A stretch of 64,000 nucleotides of DNA from Ignavibacteriota bacterium. Its GTDB lineage: Bacteria > Bacteroidota > Ignavibacteria > UBA10030. The notes beneath the pieces are model-generated. The model saw only the letters and a list, made by a program, of their open reading frames with translations. It ran no database searches and was not told where the DNA came from. This document shows, in pieces, positions 39,699-49,617 of the stretch. A program made the position numbers and the translations under genes. How positions within the stretch are numbered: the stretch's first letter is position 1; each line of letters begins with the position of its first letter. The stretch is taken from contig OY969585.1 in the NCBI GenBank assembly GCA_963701295.1, positions 1,888,001 to 1,952,000 on the forward strand, given 5' to 3'.

Positions 39699-42600
39699 AT
39701 GTTTACAAAAAAACTTCTTAAACTTGGTGCGCTTCTTGTTGTTTTCGGCGTGCTTTCGCTTGTATCGACAAGCGGTTTGCTCGCACAGACGGTTGACTCT
39801 ATGACTGTAGCGCGTGATACCATATCTATTCCATTACAGAATGTTGCATTAGCATCACAAACTGCAACAGCAATCAGTACGATAAAATTTAAAATCATAC
39901 CGGGTGCGCCAGTAGTAGTTGGTGACTCAGTAGTTATTAGTCTTGGTAGTAATTTCAAATTCTCGGCAGCAGATTCTGTTACTGTAACAACTTCGGGTCA
40001 TGGGGTCACATTCGGACTCTCTGTAACAGGTAAGGCTGGAGCAAAGGCTAATGGTTTTATCGATTTGACACTCACAGCTGTTGCTGGTAGTGGGGATACT
40101 GTAACTATAACAGGAGCCAAAGTACTTCCTATAGCTTCGGTTGCATCAAACGGTTCTACAACGCTAGATCCAATGATTGTGAATTTATATCATGGTACAG
40201 GAATCCAAAGTACAGCACCATATCTGAAACGTTTGATATTACTGCCAGGAGCGTTCTATAAGGTTCAAGCAGCTCCTGTTCCCGTTCCAACAACTATCAT
40301 TGCTGGTACTGGTCAGGTTGTAGTGACATCTGTATTGCAAGATTATTTTGCAAATACGATTATCGATACTACGAGTTACGCGACACCAACAGCAGTGTTG
40401 GCAAGCGATGGTACTTCCCCTGGGAATGGAACTTTGACAACTGTCGGCCAATATCATTCGGCTATGGGCACAGCCAAGCAAGGATTTACATACAGCAAAG
40501 CTGAAAATATTCAGATTAAGCTTTCGGGTTCAGGTGGAAGCGCTAATACGGCTACAATCACTGTAAACCAGGGCGGGGCGGCAAACATTTCTGTTGCATT
40601 ACAAAGTACTACTGAAGCGATCACTGTAGATCAAACAATAGTTTACACAGTGACGGTGACGGATGCGTTCTTCAACCCGATTCCCGGTCAGACAGTGGTA
40701 GGTACTGAGAAAACTGCGCACGGCGGAGCACTTGTTATGTCCGGCGTCACCGACGCAGCAGGGCACACAACCGCTACGTTCACACCGAGCAAGTTCTTTG
40801 TTGGCACCGACACGTTGGTCTTCACGGACGGCGCAACACAGTCTCGCATTATTTCGATCAGCCCAGGTGCGGTTGGTGGAATCATCGTTGACTATGCTGG
40901 AACGGCAAGTGGTTCCGCGGTTACTGAAGCTATCGCTGCCGGAACGATAGTATATGCACGTGGGTTCCTCCGTGATTCTTACGGCAACCCAATCGACGCT
41001 GCAAGTGCATCAACGGTGACATTCTCAATCACTGGCTTGAGCGGCAAAAATACGGTACTTGGTACAGCAGTATTGACCACTGCCGTTACAGAATCGCAAT
41101 ATCCCAACACGAGTAAAACGGCAATCGGTGTGGCAATCCCTTACACCGTTTCTTCAAATGTTAGAGGTATTGTCGATAGTGTCCGTGCAACATCAGGCAC
41201 TTATTCTCTTACGATTACTATTCAAAATCGCAGCAACGTCCCTTCCATTGTGAAGTTCAACCAAACTCCTGTTCCAGCGAAGCAGAGCATCGCCATTTTT
41301 GACAGTTCGCTCGTTGTCTCGAACTACAGCAATTTCATCAACTTTACGGACACCACGTGGGATCAGTACAATAATCTCGTCACTGCTCCCGCAGCGACTG
41401 GCTACACGGTTGCTCCGTTGAGAACTGCGTACAAGATATACTTCTCAACATTAGGTAATGCGAAGTTTGTGCGCTCGGCCGACACGACCGTTGCGGATAC
41501 GCTCTATCCATCCGCCGGTATCGTAAACAGGACTGTTAACTCCAGTAAAACAGCTGGTATTGATACCCTGAAGTCATGGTCTGCAGCGAGCAATTCAGTG
41601 TCCATTCCAGTCTGGGTTACGCCTGCGGCTTATGCGAAGCTTGTCATCACTCCGCATACTGATACATTGGCTATTGCAGGAAAGCCAGAGACATTAATAG
41701 TCGAGAAGCAGGATACCTACGGTAACCACATCGACTGGGGTCTTGCAGGTGCTAACGCCCGTGGAAACAGCCCAGCAAGCTACACGAAGCCGACAACTGG
41801 TACCATCTATGCTGACTCTTTAGCATTGGTTACTGACACGGTTACCACAGGTCACAATCGCGGTGGTACCGTTGTGAAAGCAACGACGACTGGTAGTGCC
41901 GGCATTGCGAGCATTGGCGGTTCACTTAAAATGACAGTCAAGTTTACTCCTTACACTGCAAGTGCAGACACGCAGAAGTTCTACGTGAGTCTCGCTGGCG
42001 GCAGTAACGACACTGCTCTTGTCAGATCAAGGCTGACTGGACCTTTGGCCAATTTCCTTGTCGAAATAGCTGCAGCTGATTCGGCCAAATTTGCCGGCGA
42101 TAGTGTCGGTGTAACAATTACTGCGAGAGACGCAGGAACTAATCGTATCTATACATATGTAACAGCTGGGCAGGTATTTAAGCTCAATAATTCTGCTGTT
42201 AATCCAATTGCTCCACAAGACACAACGTACAACTTCAGCTACGTGGACAAAAATGGTAAATATGTAAAGACTACAGGTGGTTCTACTATTCCTGATACTA
42301 TCTTTATCCAAGGACAAGCAATTATTAAATTGCGGAAATTCACAGCTGAAACCGCAATAAATACCGTCACTGTAATTGGAGGCTCGGCTAGAGGAACATC
42401 TGCTACCGGTTCCTATTTCAAACCGTTAGATCCTACTGTTGCAGGATTCTGGTCTGTAACCACCAGAGATACAGTAAATGTAGGTCAGGCGTTTAATTAC
42501 ACCATTACACCGCGTGATAAATGGTATAACGTAAATACCACTTATCAGAACTTCGCTACTGTATCTGCCAATCAAGGTGCTACTTTTAATGAAGGTGGCA

Positions 42601-43052
42601 ATCCTAAGATATTTACAGGACCAGTGACGTACACTGGGATGCAGAGTGCAGTGACGAACAACTTGATTATCTACGTGACCAACTACAATGGCGAAACTAT
42701 TTATGGTCAAAGTAAGCCTATCGTTGCAAGGGTTGGTGTATCAGTTGATAAGCAAAAGGATTTGCCGACAGTATATGCTTTGTCGCAGAACTATCCAAAT
42801 CCGTTTAACCCAACAACAAACATTAAGTTTGATATTCCGCAAAACAGTAATGTGAAGATCATGATCTATGATATGCTTGGACGTGAAGTTGCAACACTTG
42901 TGAATGCAAACTACGCGCCTGGCCATTATACAGTACCATTTAATGCAAGCCAGTTGGCAAGTGGTATGTATATTTATCGTATGACTTCGCAATCAGTGAG
43001 TGGCGACCAAAAACTGTTTACGAGTACCAAGAAGTTAATGTTGGTGAAGTAA
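39699..43052 (+). CDS. Large Thr/Ala/Ser/Val-rich Ig-repeat surface protein with T9SS CTD (S-layer/adhesin-like)
   Basis: Signal peptide; repeated D-x-(Y/F/W)-x-N Ig motifs; QNYPNPFNP; RBS GGAGG. Confidence 0.8.
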   Translation: MFTKKLLKLGALLVVFGVLSLVSTSGLLAQTVDSMTVARDTISIPLQNVALASQTATAISTIKFKIIPGAPVVVGDSVVISLGSNFKFSAADSVTVTTSGHGVTFGLSVTGKAGAKANGFIDLTLTAVAGSGDTVTITGAKVLPIASVASNGSTTLDPMIVNLYHGTGIQSTAPYLKRLILLPGAFYKVQAAPVPVPTTIIAGTGQVVVTSVLQDYFANTIIDTTSYATPTAVLASDGTSPGNGTLTTVGQYHSAMGTAKQGFTYSKAENIQIKLSGSGGSANTATITVNQGGAANISVALQSTTEAITVDQTIVYTVTVTDAFFNPIPGQTVVGTEKTAHGGALVMSGVTDAAGHTTATFTPSKFFVGTDTLVFTDGATQSRIISISPGAVGGIIVDYAGTASGSAVTEAIAAGTIVYARGFLRDSYGNPIDAASASTVTFSITGLSGKNTVLGTAVLTTAVTESQYPNTSKTAIGVAIPYTVSSNVRGIVDSVRATSGTYSLTITIQNRSNVPSIVKFNQTPVPAKQSIAIFDSSLVVSNYSNFINFTDTTWDQYNNLVTAPAATGYTVAPLRTAYKIYFSTLGNAKFVRSADTTVADTLYPSAGIVNRTVNSSKTAGIDTLKSWSAASNSVSIPVWVTPAAYAKLVITPHTDTLAIAGKPETLIVEKQDTYGNHIDWGLAGANARGNSPASYTKPTTGTIYADSLALVTDTVTTGHNRGGTVVKATTTGSAGIASIGGSLKMTVKFTPYTASADTQKFYVSLAGGSNDTALVRSRLTGPLANFLVEIAAADSAKFAGDSVGVTITARDAGTNRIYTYVTAGQVFKLNNSAVNPIAPQDTTYNFSYVDKNGKYVKTTGGSTIPDTIFIQGQAIIKLRKFTAETAINTVTVIGGSARGTSATGSYFKPLDPTVAGFWSVTTRDTVNVGQAFNYTITPRDKWYNVNTTYQNFATVSANQGATFNEGGNPKIFTGPVTYTGMQSAVTNNLIIYVTNYNGETIYGQSKPIVARVGVSVDKQKDLPTVYALSQNYPNPFNPTTNIKFDIPQNSNVKIMIYDMLGREVATLVNANYAPGHYTVPFNASQLASGMYIYRMTSQSVSGDQKLFTSTKKLMLVK

Positions 43053-43075
43053 TTGCAATGAAGATGTAAATCTCA

Positions 43076-43185
43076 TAAGGGCAGATTCGCCGTCTGCCCT
43101 TATTGTATTGTTCATTGTCGTTATTGTTTATTTCTTCTGGGATGTATTATTTCGAAAGGGCAGACTTCAAGTCTGCCCTTTTTTT
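43076..43185 (+). terminator. Two related hairpins in tandem
   Basis: TAAGGGCAGA..TCTGCCCTTA and AAAGGGCAGACT..AGTCTGCCCTTT plus T run. Confidence 0.8.
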
Positions 43186-43277
43186 ATTCATTGTATTGGT
43201 TGTTTATTTCTCTAGAATTGCTCTCCACCTCTTTCTTTCGTAAATTAATACAGTTTTGAGTTACCGATTGTTGAGTT

Positions 43278-46200
43278 ATGAATTCTTTTCTTAACATACT
43301 AAAACAAAAAATCATCGTCTTTGATGGTGCGACAGGAACACATTTGCAGGGGCAAAACCTTACTACAGATGACTTTGGTGGTGAGCACCTTGCCGGATGC
43401 AATGAGTATCTTGTTGTCTCCAAGCCGTCTGCTGTGGAGAATGTACATCGCGATTACTTAGAAGCGGGTTGCGATGTTATAGAGACGAATTCTTTCGGCG
43501 GCGCGAGTATTGTGTTGGCAGAGTATGGTTTACAGGATCGAGCGTATGAGTTGAACTTCAAAGCTGCACAAATTGCAAGGCGGATTGCTCAGGATTATTC
43601 TAATAATGGACATCGGCGGTTCGTTGCCGGTTCAATAGGACCGACGACGAAGCTGCCTTCGCTTGGACATATTAGCTTCAAAGAAATGGCAGGGTCGTTT
43701 CACGAGCAGGCAAAAGGTTTAGTCGAAGGCGGTGTGGATCTGTTGTGCGTCGAGACATGTCAGGATGTCCTCCAGGCAAAGTCGGCGCTGTATGGTATCT
43801 TCGAATATTTTGAGCAAGCACATCGTCACGTTCCTGTCATTGTTTCTGTGACAATCGAATCGACGGGAACAATGCTGCTTGGCACAGAAATTTCTGCCGC
43901 GCTAATGAGTCTTGAACCTTATGACATCGATGTCATCGGGATTAATTGTGCAACCGGTCCAAAAGAAATGTCTGAGCATGTACGGACATTGGTCGAGAGT
44001 AGTCCAAAGCCGGTCTTTGTGATGCCAAACGCGGGGATGCCAGAAAATATCGGCGGACATGCGCATTATCATTTGACGCCGGACGAAATGGCACAGTATC
44101 TTTCACACTTTGTCAAGGATCTTGGTGTCAGTGTCGTTGGCGGCTGCTGTGGTACAACGCAGGACCATATCCGAAAGTTAGTCAAAATAGTTGGTCATCT
44201 CGCTCCGAAGAAGCGCGCGTATGATTTTATTCCGGGCGCATCGAGTTTGTATCAGTCTGCACCGTTCCGAGTTGAGAATCCGCCTGCACTTATTGGAGAG
44301 CGTACGAATGCCAACGGGAGCAAACTTTTTCGCGACCTCTTAGCGAAGGAGGATTGGGAAAGCATCGTTGCAATGGGGCGTGATCAGGCAAAGGAAGGGG
44401 CGCATATGCTTGATGTCTGTGCGGCATATGTTGGACGAAACGAAGCAGCAGACATGCATGAGATTATTACACGTTTTAACAAGCAGATTGCCATTCCATT
44501 GGTCATCGATTCTACAGAAGCAAATGTTATCGAAGAAGCACTTCAGTGTATCGCGGGCAAAGCAGTCATCAACTCCATTAATATGGAAGACGGCGAAGAA
44601 CGCATCAACAAGATTGTGCCGCTCTGCAAAAAGTACGGCGCTGCTGTTATCGCGCTTACGATCGATGAACAGGGTATGGCAAAGACAGCAGAGTCTAAAC
44701 TTGCTATTGCCAAACGGATATATGATCTTGTCGTTAAAAAATACGGAATGAAGCCGCACGATCTCATCTTTGACACACTGACGTTTACACTTGGTTCGGG
44801 AGATGAAGAATTCCGCCGTTCGGCAATAGAGACCATCAAGTCAATCCGACTTATCAAAAAAGAATTTCCGGACGTTCATACATCGCTGGGTGTAAGTAAT
44901 GTTTCATTTGGTTTGTCTCCGGTATCACGTCAGGTGTTGAACAGCGTATTCTTGCACTATGCCATTGAAGCCGGACTTGATATGGCAATTGTCCATGCAT
45001 CTAAAATTTTCCCGCTCTATAAAATCGATGAGAAGGGACGCGAACTTGCGCGGCAGCTCGTGTTTGATGAACGACGTTTTGAAGGCGAAGGTGAAAAAAA
45101 GAGACTCGTCTTTGATCCGTTAACGGAATTTATGGCGCATTTTGCCGGTAAGAAAAAGGAAGACAAAGAGTCGAAAATTGTTAGCGGCACTATTGAGGAA
45201 CGGTTGAAGAACCGAATTATTGACGGAAACAAAGTCGGAATGAATTCCGATCTTGATGAAGCGCTCAAGCATTATTCTCCTTTGGAAATTATTAACACAT
45301 TTTTGCTAGATGGGATGAAGGTCGTTGGCGATCTCTTTGGTTCTGGACAGATGCAGCTGCCCTTTGTGCTTCAATCAGCGGAAGTGATGAAATCTGCAGT
45401 GGCATACCTTGAACCGCTTATGGAAAAGAACGAAGGGAGCCAAAAGGGCACGATGGTGATTGCCACGGTAAAAGGAGACGTGCATGACATTGGTAAAAAT
45501 CTTGTGGACATTATCTTAACGAATAATGGCTACAAGGTGGTTAATCTCGGAATTAAATGTCCGATAGAGACAATGATCCATGCGTCAGAGGAGCACCATG
45601 CTGACGCTATAGGAATGAGCGGATTACTGGTGAAGTCGACGCTCGTCATGAAAGAAAACCTGGAAGTCTTGAACGAGCAAAACGTCACTATTCCTGTAAT
45701 CCTTGGCGGTGCGGCGCTAACACGACGATATGTCGAACAGGATTTAAAATCGGTGTACAAAGGACAAGTTTTCTACGCGAATGATGCTTTTGACGGCTTG
45801 CATCTGATGGAGGAGATAAAGACTAACAAGTTTCAAGTTGCAAGTAAAAAAGATGATGTAATGGAAGAGATCGATGAGGAGGTACTGATTGGTACAGAAG
45901 CGAAGATTGCACTGATGCTTGCGGAAGGCGAAAAGATGCCAAAGCGATTAAAGATCCAGACCGACGTTGAAATTCCAACACCGCCGTTCTGGGGGTCGAA
46001 AGTGAGAGAAGATATTTCGTTAGATGAAATATTTGCGTTTGTCAACGAAACAGCGCTGATTCGTGGACAGTGGCGCATTACTCGCGGCAAGAGAAGTGAA
46101 AAAGAATACCAAAAGATTCTTAAAGAACGGATTTATCCCGAGTTGGAAGTGATGAAATCCAAAGCGAAAAACTATAAACTGCTTCAACCGAAGGTGGTGT

Positions 46201-46835
46201 ACGGATACTTCCCGTGTCAGTCGGATGGAAATGATTTAATTATTTATAACCCAAAAGAAGTTAGGAGTAAGGAGTTGCAAGTTGATAAAACTCAAAGACT
46301 CAAAACTCAAAACTCAAAACTTCTTCCTCTCACAGAATGGCTGCGTTTCTCTTTCCCGCGCCAGAAAGACGACAGATTTCTGTGCATCAGTGATTATTTT
46401 GCACCGGCGAGTTCCGGGAGAGTCGATGTTGTTGCTTTCCATATGGTAACAATGGGAAAAGCCGCTTCTGAATACTCAAAGAAGCTCTTTGATTCAAATG
46501 AATATAAGGAGTATCTGTATTTCCATGGATTGAGTGTTGAATCTGCGGAAGCGCTTGCAGAACTGTGTCACAAAAAGATTCGAGAAGAGCTGGGAATTGC
46601 CGGTAAAGATGCACCGGAGATCAAACGGTTGTTCAGTCAAGGATATCAAGGTTCGCGGTTCAGCTTCGGTTATCCGGCTTGTCCCAATTTGGAAGACCAC
46701 GTTAAACTCTTTGAGTTATTGAAGCCGGAACGCATTGGCGTCACTATGACGGATGGGTTCATGTTGAATCCTGAGCAATCGACAGATGCGATTATTGTTC
46801 ATCATCCCGAAGCCAGGTATTTTAATATAAAATAA
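43278..46835 (+). CDS. metH: B12-dependent methionine synthase
   Basis: GINCATG, GGCCGT, DVHDIG, RFSFGYPACP. Confidence 0.97.
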   Translation: MNSFLNILKQKIIVFDGATGTHLQGQNLTTDDFGGEHLAGCNEYLVVSKPSAVENVHRDYLEAGCDVIETNSFGGASIVLAEYGLQDRAYELNFKAAQIARRIAQDYSNNGHRRFVAGSIGPTTKLPSLGHISFKEMAGSFHEQAKGLVEGGVDLLCVETCQDVLQAKSALYGIFEYFEQAHRHVPVIVSVTIESTGTMLLGTEISAALMSLEPYDIDVIGINCATGPKEMSEHVRTLVESSPKPVFVMPNAGMPENIGGHAHYHLTPDEMAQYLSHFVKDLGVSVVGGCCGTTQDHIRKLVKIVGHLAPKKRAYDFIPGASSLYQSAPFRVENPPALIGERTNANGSKLFRDLLAKEDWESIVAMGRDQAKEGAHMLDVCAAYVGRNEAADMHEIITRFNKQIAIPLVIDSTEANVIEEALQCIAGKAVINSINMEDGEERINKIVPLCKKYGAAVIALTIDEQGMAKTAESKLAIAKRIYDLVVKKYGMKPHDLIFDTLTFTLGSGDEEFRRSAIETIKSIRLIKKEFPDVHTSLGVSNVSFGLSPVSRQVLNSVFLHYAIEAGLDMAIVHASKIFPLYKIDEKGRELARQLVFDERRFEGEGEKKRLVFDPLTEFMAHFAGKKKEDKESKIVSGTIEERLKNRIIDGNKVGMNSDLDEALKHYSPLEIINTFLLDGMKVVGDLFGSGQMQLPFVLQSAEVMKSAVAYLEPLMEKNEGSQKGTMVIATVKGDVHDIGKNLVDIILTNNGYKVVNLGIKCPIETMIHASEEHHADAIGMSGLLVKSTLVMKENLEVLNEQNVTIPVILGGAALTRRYVEQDLKSVYKGQVFYANDAFDGLHLMEEIKTNKFQVASKKDDVMEEIDEEVLIGTEAKIALMLAEGEKMPKRLKIQTDVEIPTPPFWGSKVREDISLDEIFAFVNETALIRGQWRITRGKRSEKEYQKILKERIYPELEVMKSKAKNYKLLQPKVVYGYFPCQSDGNDLIIYNPKEVRSKELQVDKTQRLKTQNSKLLPLTEWLRFSFPRQKDDRFLCISDYFAPASSGRVDVVAFHMVTMGKAASEYSKKLFDSNEYKEYLYFHGLSVESAEALAELCHKKIREELGIAGKDAPEIKRLFSQGYQGSRFSFGYPACPNLEDHVKLFELLKPERIGVTMTDGFMLNPEQSTDAIIVHHPEARYFNIK
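46257..46323. repeat. In-frame inverted heptamer repeat tract within metH
   Basis: gaagtta ggagtaa ggagttg caagttg ... aaactca aagactca aaactca aaactca aaacttc. Confidence 0.75.
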
Positions 46836-46957
46836 GTAATGAGTTCGAGTTGCCGGTATTTAAGTAAATTCATCTATCTTTTAAAACTGGATACTAGAAA
46901 ACTTGAAACAAATAACCATTAACAATCAACATCACATAGAACACAAGGGAAAAAAAC

Positions 46958-47593
46958 ATGCCAAATCTTATTCTCATTAGACATGGTGAATCACAATGGA
47001 ATCTTGAAAATCGTTTTACCGGTTGGGTAGATATTCCTCTTTCGCCAAAAGGCGAACAGGAAGCAAAGCAAGCTGGAGAAAAACTCAAAGGATATAAATT
47101 CGACAAAGGATATACTTCGGTCCTCAAGCGCGCGATCAAGACACTGGATATTATCCTCAACATTATCGGTCAATCCAAGCTTCCTTTGGAGCGCGACAAA
47201 GCGTTGAACGAACGCCACTATGGAGCACTGCAAGGCTTAAATAAAGCAGATATTGGAAAAAAATACGGTGAAGAGCAATTGAAAATCTGGCGCCGAAGCT
47301 ATGATGTTCCCCCTCCAAAAGATGTAACGGAACTGAATCCCGACGGTATCAGCGAGAGCTTGAAAGACACTGCAGCGAGAACACTTCCGTACTTTGAAGC
47401 GAAGATTCTACCAGATGTACTTGCTGGCAAAAATGTAATCGTCGCAGCGCATGGGAATAGCTTACGCTCGATCGTGATGAAGCTTGACAATCTTACCAAA
47501 GAACAAGTGGTGGAACTTAATATTCCCACTGGTGTTCCATTATTATATGTGTACGATAACAAAGGAAACATCACAGAGCACCGATATTTGTAA
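46958..47593 (+). CDS. gpmA: 2,3-BPG-dependent phosphoglycerate mutase
   Basis: [19 protein letters not shown]. Confidence 0.96.
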   Translation: MPNLILIRHGESQWNLENRFTGWVDIPLSPKGEQEAKQAGEKLKGYKFDKGYTSVLKRAIKTLDIILNIIGQSKLPLERDKALNERHYGALQGLNKADIGKKYGEEQLKIWRRSYDVPPPKDVTELNPDGISESLKDTAARTLPYFEAKILPDVLAGKNVIVAAHGNSLRSIVMKLDNLTKEQVVELNIPTGVPLLYVYDNKGNITEHRYL

Positions 47594-47745
47594 GAAATCG
47601 CCGTTTTTTTAACGGACTTTCTGCTTGCATTTCGGTTGTCTCTTTCGCATATTCGATGCGTCAAAATGTAGAGTAATAATTGTCGTAACACACTTTGTGA
47701 ACGAGGCAACTCATTACGTAGGTTTATTTATTAAGGAGATATGTC

Positions 47746-48084
47746 ATGTCAACGAAAATCACTGAAGAATGTATTAATTGCGGTGCTTGCGAACCAGAAT
47801 GCCCCAATACAGCAATTTATTCCGGCGGTACGCCCTATGAATTAGGCGGAAAAACCTTTGATGCACTTTCGAACGATTTTTACTATATCGTTCCAGAAAA
47901 ATGCACCGAGTGTGTTGGTCATTTTGATCAAGAGCAATGTGCAGCTGTTTGTCCGGTTGATTGTTGTGTTCCGAATCCGGATCATACCGAAACGGAGGAT
48001 CAGTTACTTGCAAAAGCAAAGAAGATTCATCCTGAGAAGACTTTTGCCGAGTTGAGCGCGGCAACATCGCGTTTCCGGAAGTAG
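47746..48084 (+). CDS. YfhL-type 2x[4Fe-4S] ferredoxin
   Basis: CINCGACEPECP; CTECVG...QCAAVCPVDC. Confidence 0.93.
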   Translation: MSTKITEECINCGACEPECPNTAIYSGGTPYELGGKTFDALSNDFYYIVPEKCTECVGHFDQEQCAAVCPVDCCVPNPDHTETEDQLLAKAKKIHPEKTFAELSAATSRFRK

Positions 48085-48104
48085 AACAGAATATTAGTCA
48101 AAGG

Positions 48105-48139
48105 AGTCGGTTCTTCTTAATAGAGGAACCGACTTTTTT
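48105..48139 (+). terminator. Intrinsic terminator
   Basis: AGTCGGTTCTTCT..AGAGGAACCGACT plus T run. Confidence 0.8.
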
Positions 48140-48181
48140 GTTTCTGGTGTTGCATGCGTTTGGAATTGTAGTTATGAAGAT

Positions 48182-48523
48182 ATGAAAATCGAAGAATTTG
48201 AACGAATTGCCAGAATAGGTGAAGTAACTCCGGCGCGGCCAAAACGTGTGACGGTAGAAGCACGTGAGAAAGTGCTCTTTCGAGTAGGTGATCAAATCTT
48301 CGCTGTTGAAAATCTCCACTCCCATCAGCATTTTTCTGTGTTTCATCAAGGTGTGCTGGATGGCTACACAATCACATGCCCGATGCACACTTGGAGTTTT
48401 GACATTCGGAGTGGAAAAGCCGTAAATGGAAGCGGGCGAATAAGAACATTTGAACTTTGTATTGATGGAAATGAAGTGCTGATAAAGAATTCGGAAGCCG
48501 AACAAAAGTTTTCAGACTTCTGA
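48182..48523 (+). CDS. Rieske-type ferredoxin (first Cys replaced by His)
   Basis: AVENLHSH...ITCPMHTWSFD. Confidence 0.75.
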   Translation: MKIEEFERIARIGEVTPARPKRVTVEAREKVLFRVGDQIFAVENLHSHQHFSVFHQGVLDGYTITCPMHTWSFDIRSGKAVNGSGRIRTFELCIDGNEVLIKNSEAEQKFSDF

Positions 48524-48526
48524 TAG

Positions 48527-49474
48527 ATGCCTATGGTGTCCTCATTTACCAATCTTCTTAAATCGCGAGCACTTGAACTTGGATTTTCCAAAGTCGGAAT
48601 TGCACGAGCTGAGTCATTGGCCGAAAAAGGAGTGCGACTGCGAGAATGGCTTGCAAAAGGTTATCATGGAACAATGCAATGGATGGAACGTGAGATGGAG
48701 AAACGCGTCGATCCTTGTCTTATTTTTCCTCAAGTAAAATCAATTGTCTGTGTCGCGATGAACTATTATTCCCCGGGACAGCATTCTGATAATCCGGAGA
48801 TAGGCAAGATTTCACGTTACGCGTGGGGAGATGATTATCACTTGATAATGATAGAGCGCTTGGAAGAATTGCTAGGGTTTGTTAAATCAATAATTCATGG
48901 GGTCGCTGGTAAGCTCTATGTCGATACTGGACCGATGATGGATAAAGTTTGGGCTGTTCGGTCAGGAATTGGATGGATGGGCAAGCATGCCAACGTTATT
49001 ACTCGTGAATATAGTTCTTGGGTTTTCCTCGGGGAAATTTTGCTCGATGTGGACCTGGACTATGACGAGCCGATAACAGATCTTTGCGGAACGTGCACAG
49101 CTTGTATAGATGCATGCCCAACAAAAGCTATCATTCGACCGTATGTAGTGGATTCGAACAAATGCATTTCGTACCTGACTATTGAGCACCATGAAGCATT
49201 ACCGAAGAATCTTCTTCCTATGTTTCATCGGTGGGTGTATGGCTGCGATATTTGTCAGGATGTGTGTCCATGGAATCGATTTCAAAAAGGAACTAAGGAA
49301 TCCGCGTTTCATCCACGGCAAGAGAATATTGCTCCAAAATTGATCGAGCTTGCAGAAATGAGTCAGGAAGAATTCGGCCGGCGGTTTCGCCGAAGTTCCA
49401 TCAAGCGTACAAAGCGAACAGGATTAGTCCGGAATGCCAAAGGTGTACTTGAATCTGGAGAGAGTTCAGAGTAG
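48527..49474 (+). CDS. queG: Epoxyqueuosine reductase
   Basis: SRYAWGDDYH, CGTCTACIDACP, CISYLTIE, GCDICQDVCPWN. Confidence 0.95.
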   Translation: MPMVSSFTNLLKSRALELGFSKVGIARAESLAEKGVRLREWLAKGYHGTMQWMEREMEKRVDPCLIFPQVKSIVCVAMNYYSPGQHSDNPEIGKISRYAWGDDYHLIMIERLEELLGFVKSIIHGVAGKLYVDTGPMMDKVWAVRSGIGWMGKHANVITREYSSWVFLGEILLDVDLDYDEPITDLCGTCTACIDACPTKAIIRPYVVDSNKCISYLTIEHHEALPKNLLPMFHRWVYGCDICQDVCPWNRFQKGTKESAFHPRQENIAPKLIELAEMSQEEFGRRFRRSSIKRTKRTGLVRNAKGVLESGESSE

Positions 49475-49617
49475 ATTGCATACGAGCATTTCAAATAAAT
49501 AAAGTTCCAAACATCGATTATCAAACAAGAATCCAATTCCAAATGTTCAATAACTGAAAAACATGATATTTTTTATGTTTTGTTTTTTTATCCTTGAATT
49601 TTGTTTGCTATTATAAA

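Noticed and set aside
43190-43277. SAM or cobalamin riboswitch before metH
   Set aside because: Too short, and no conserved aptamer motifs.
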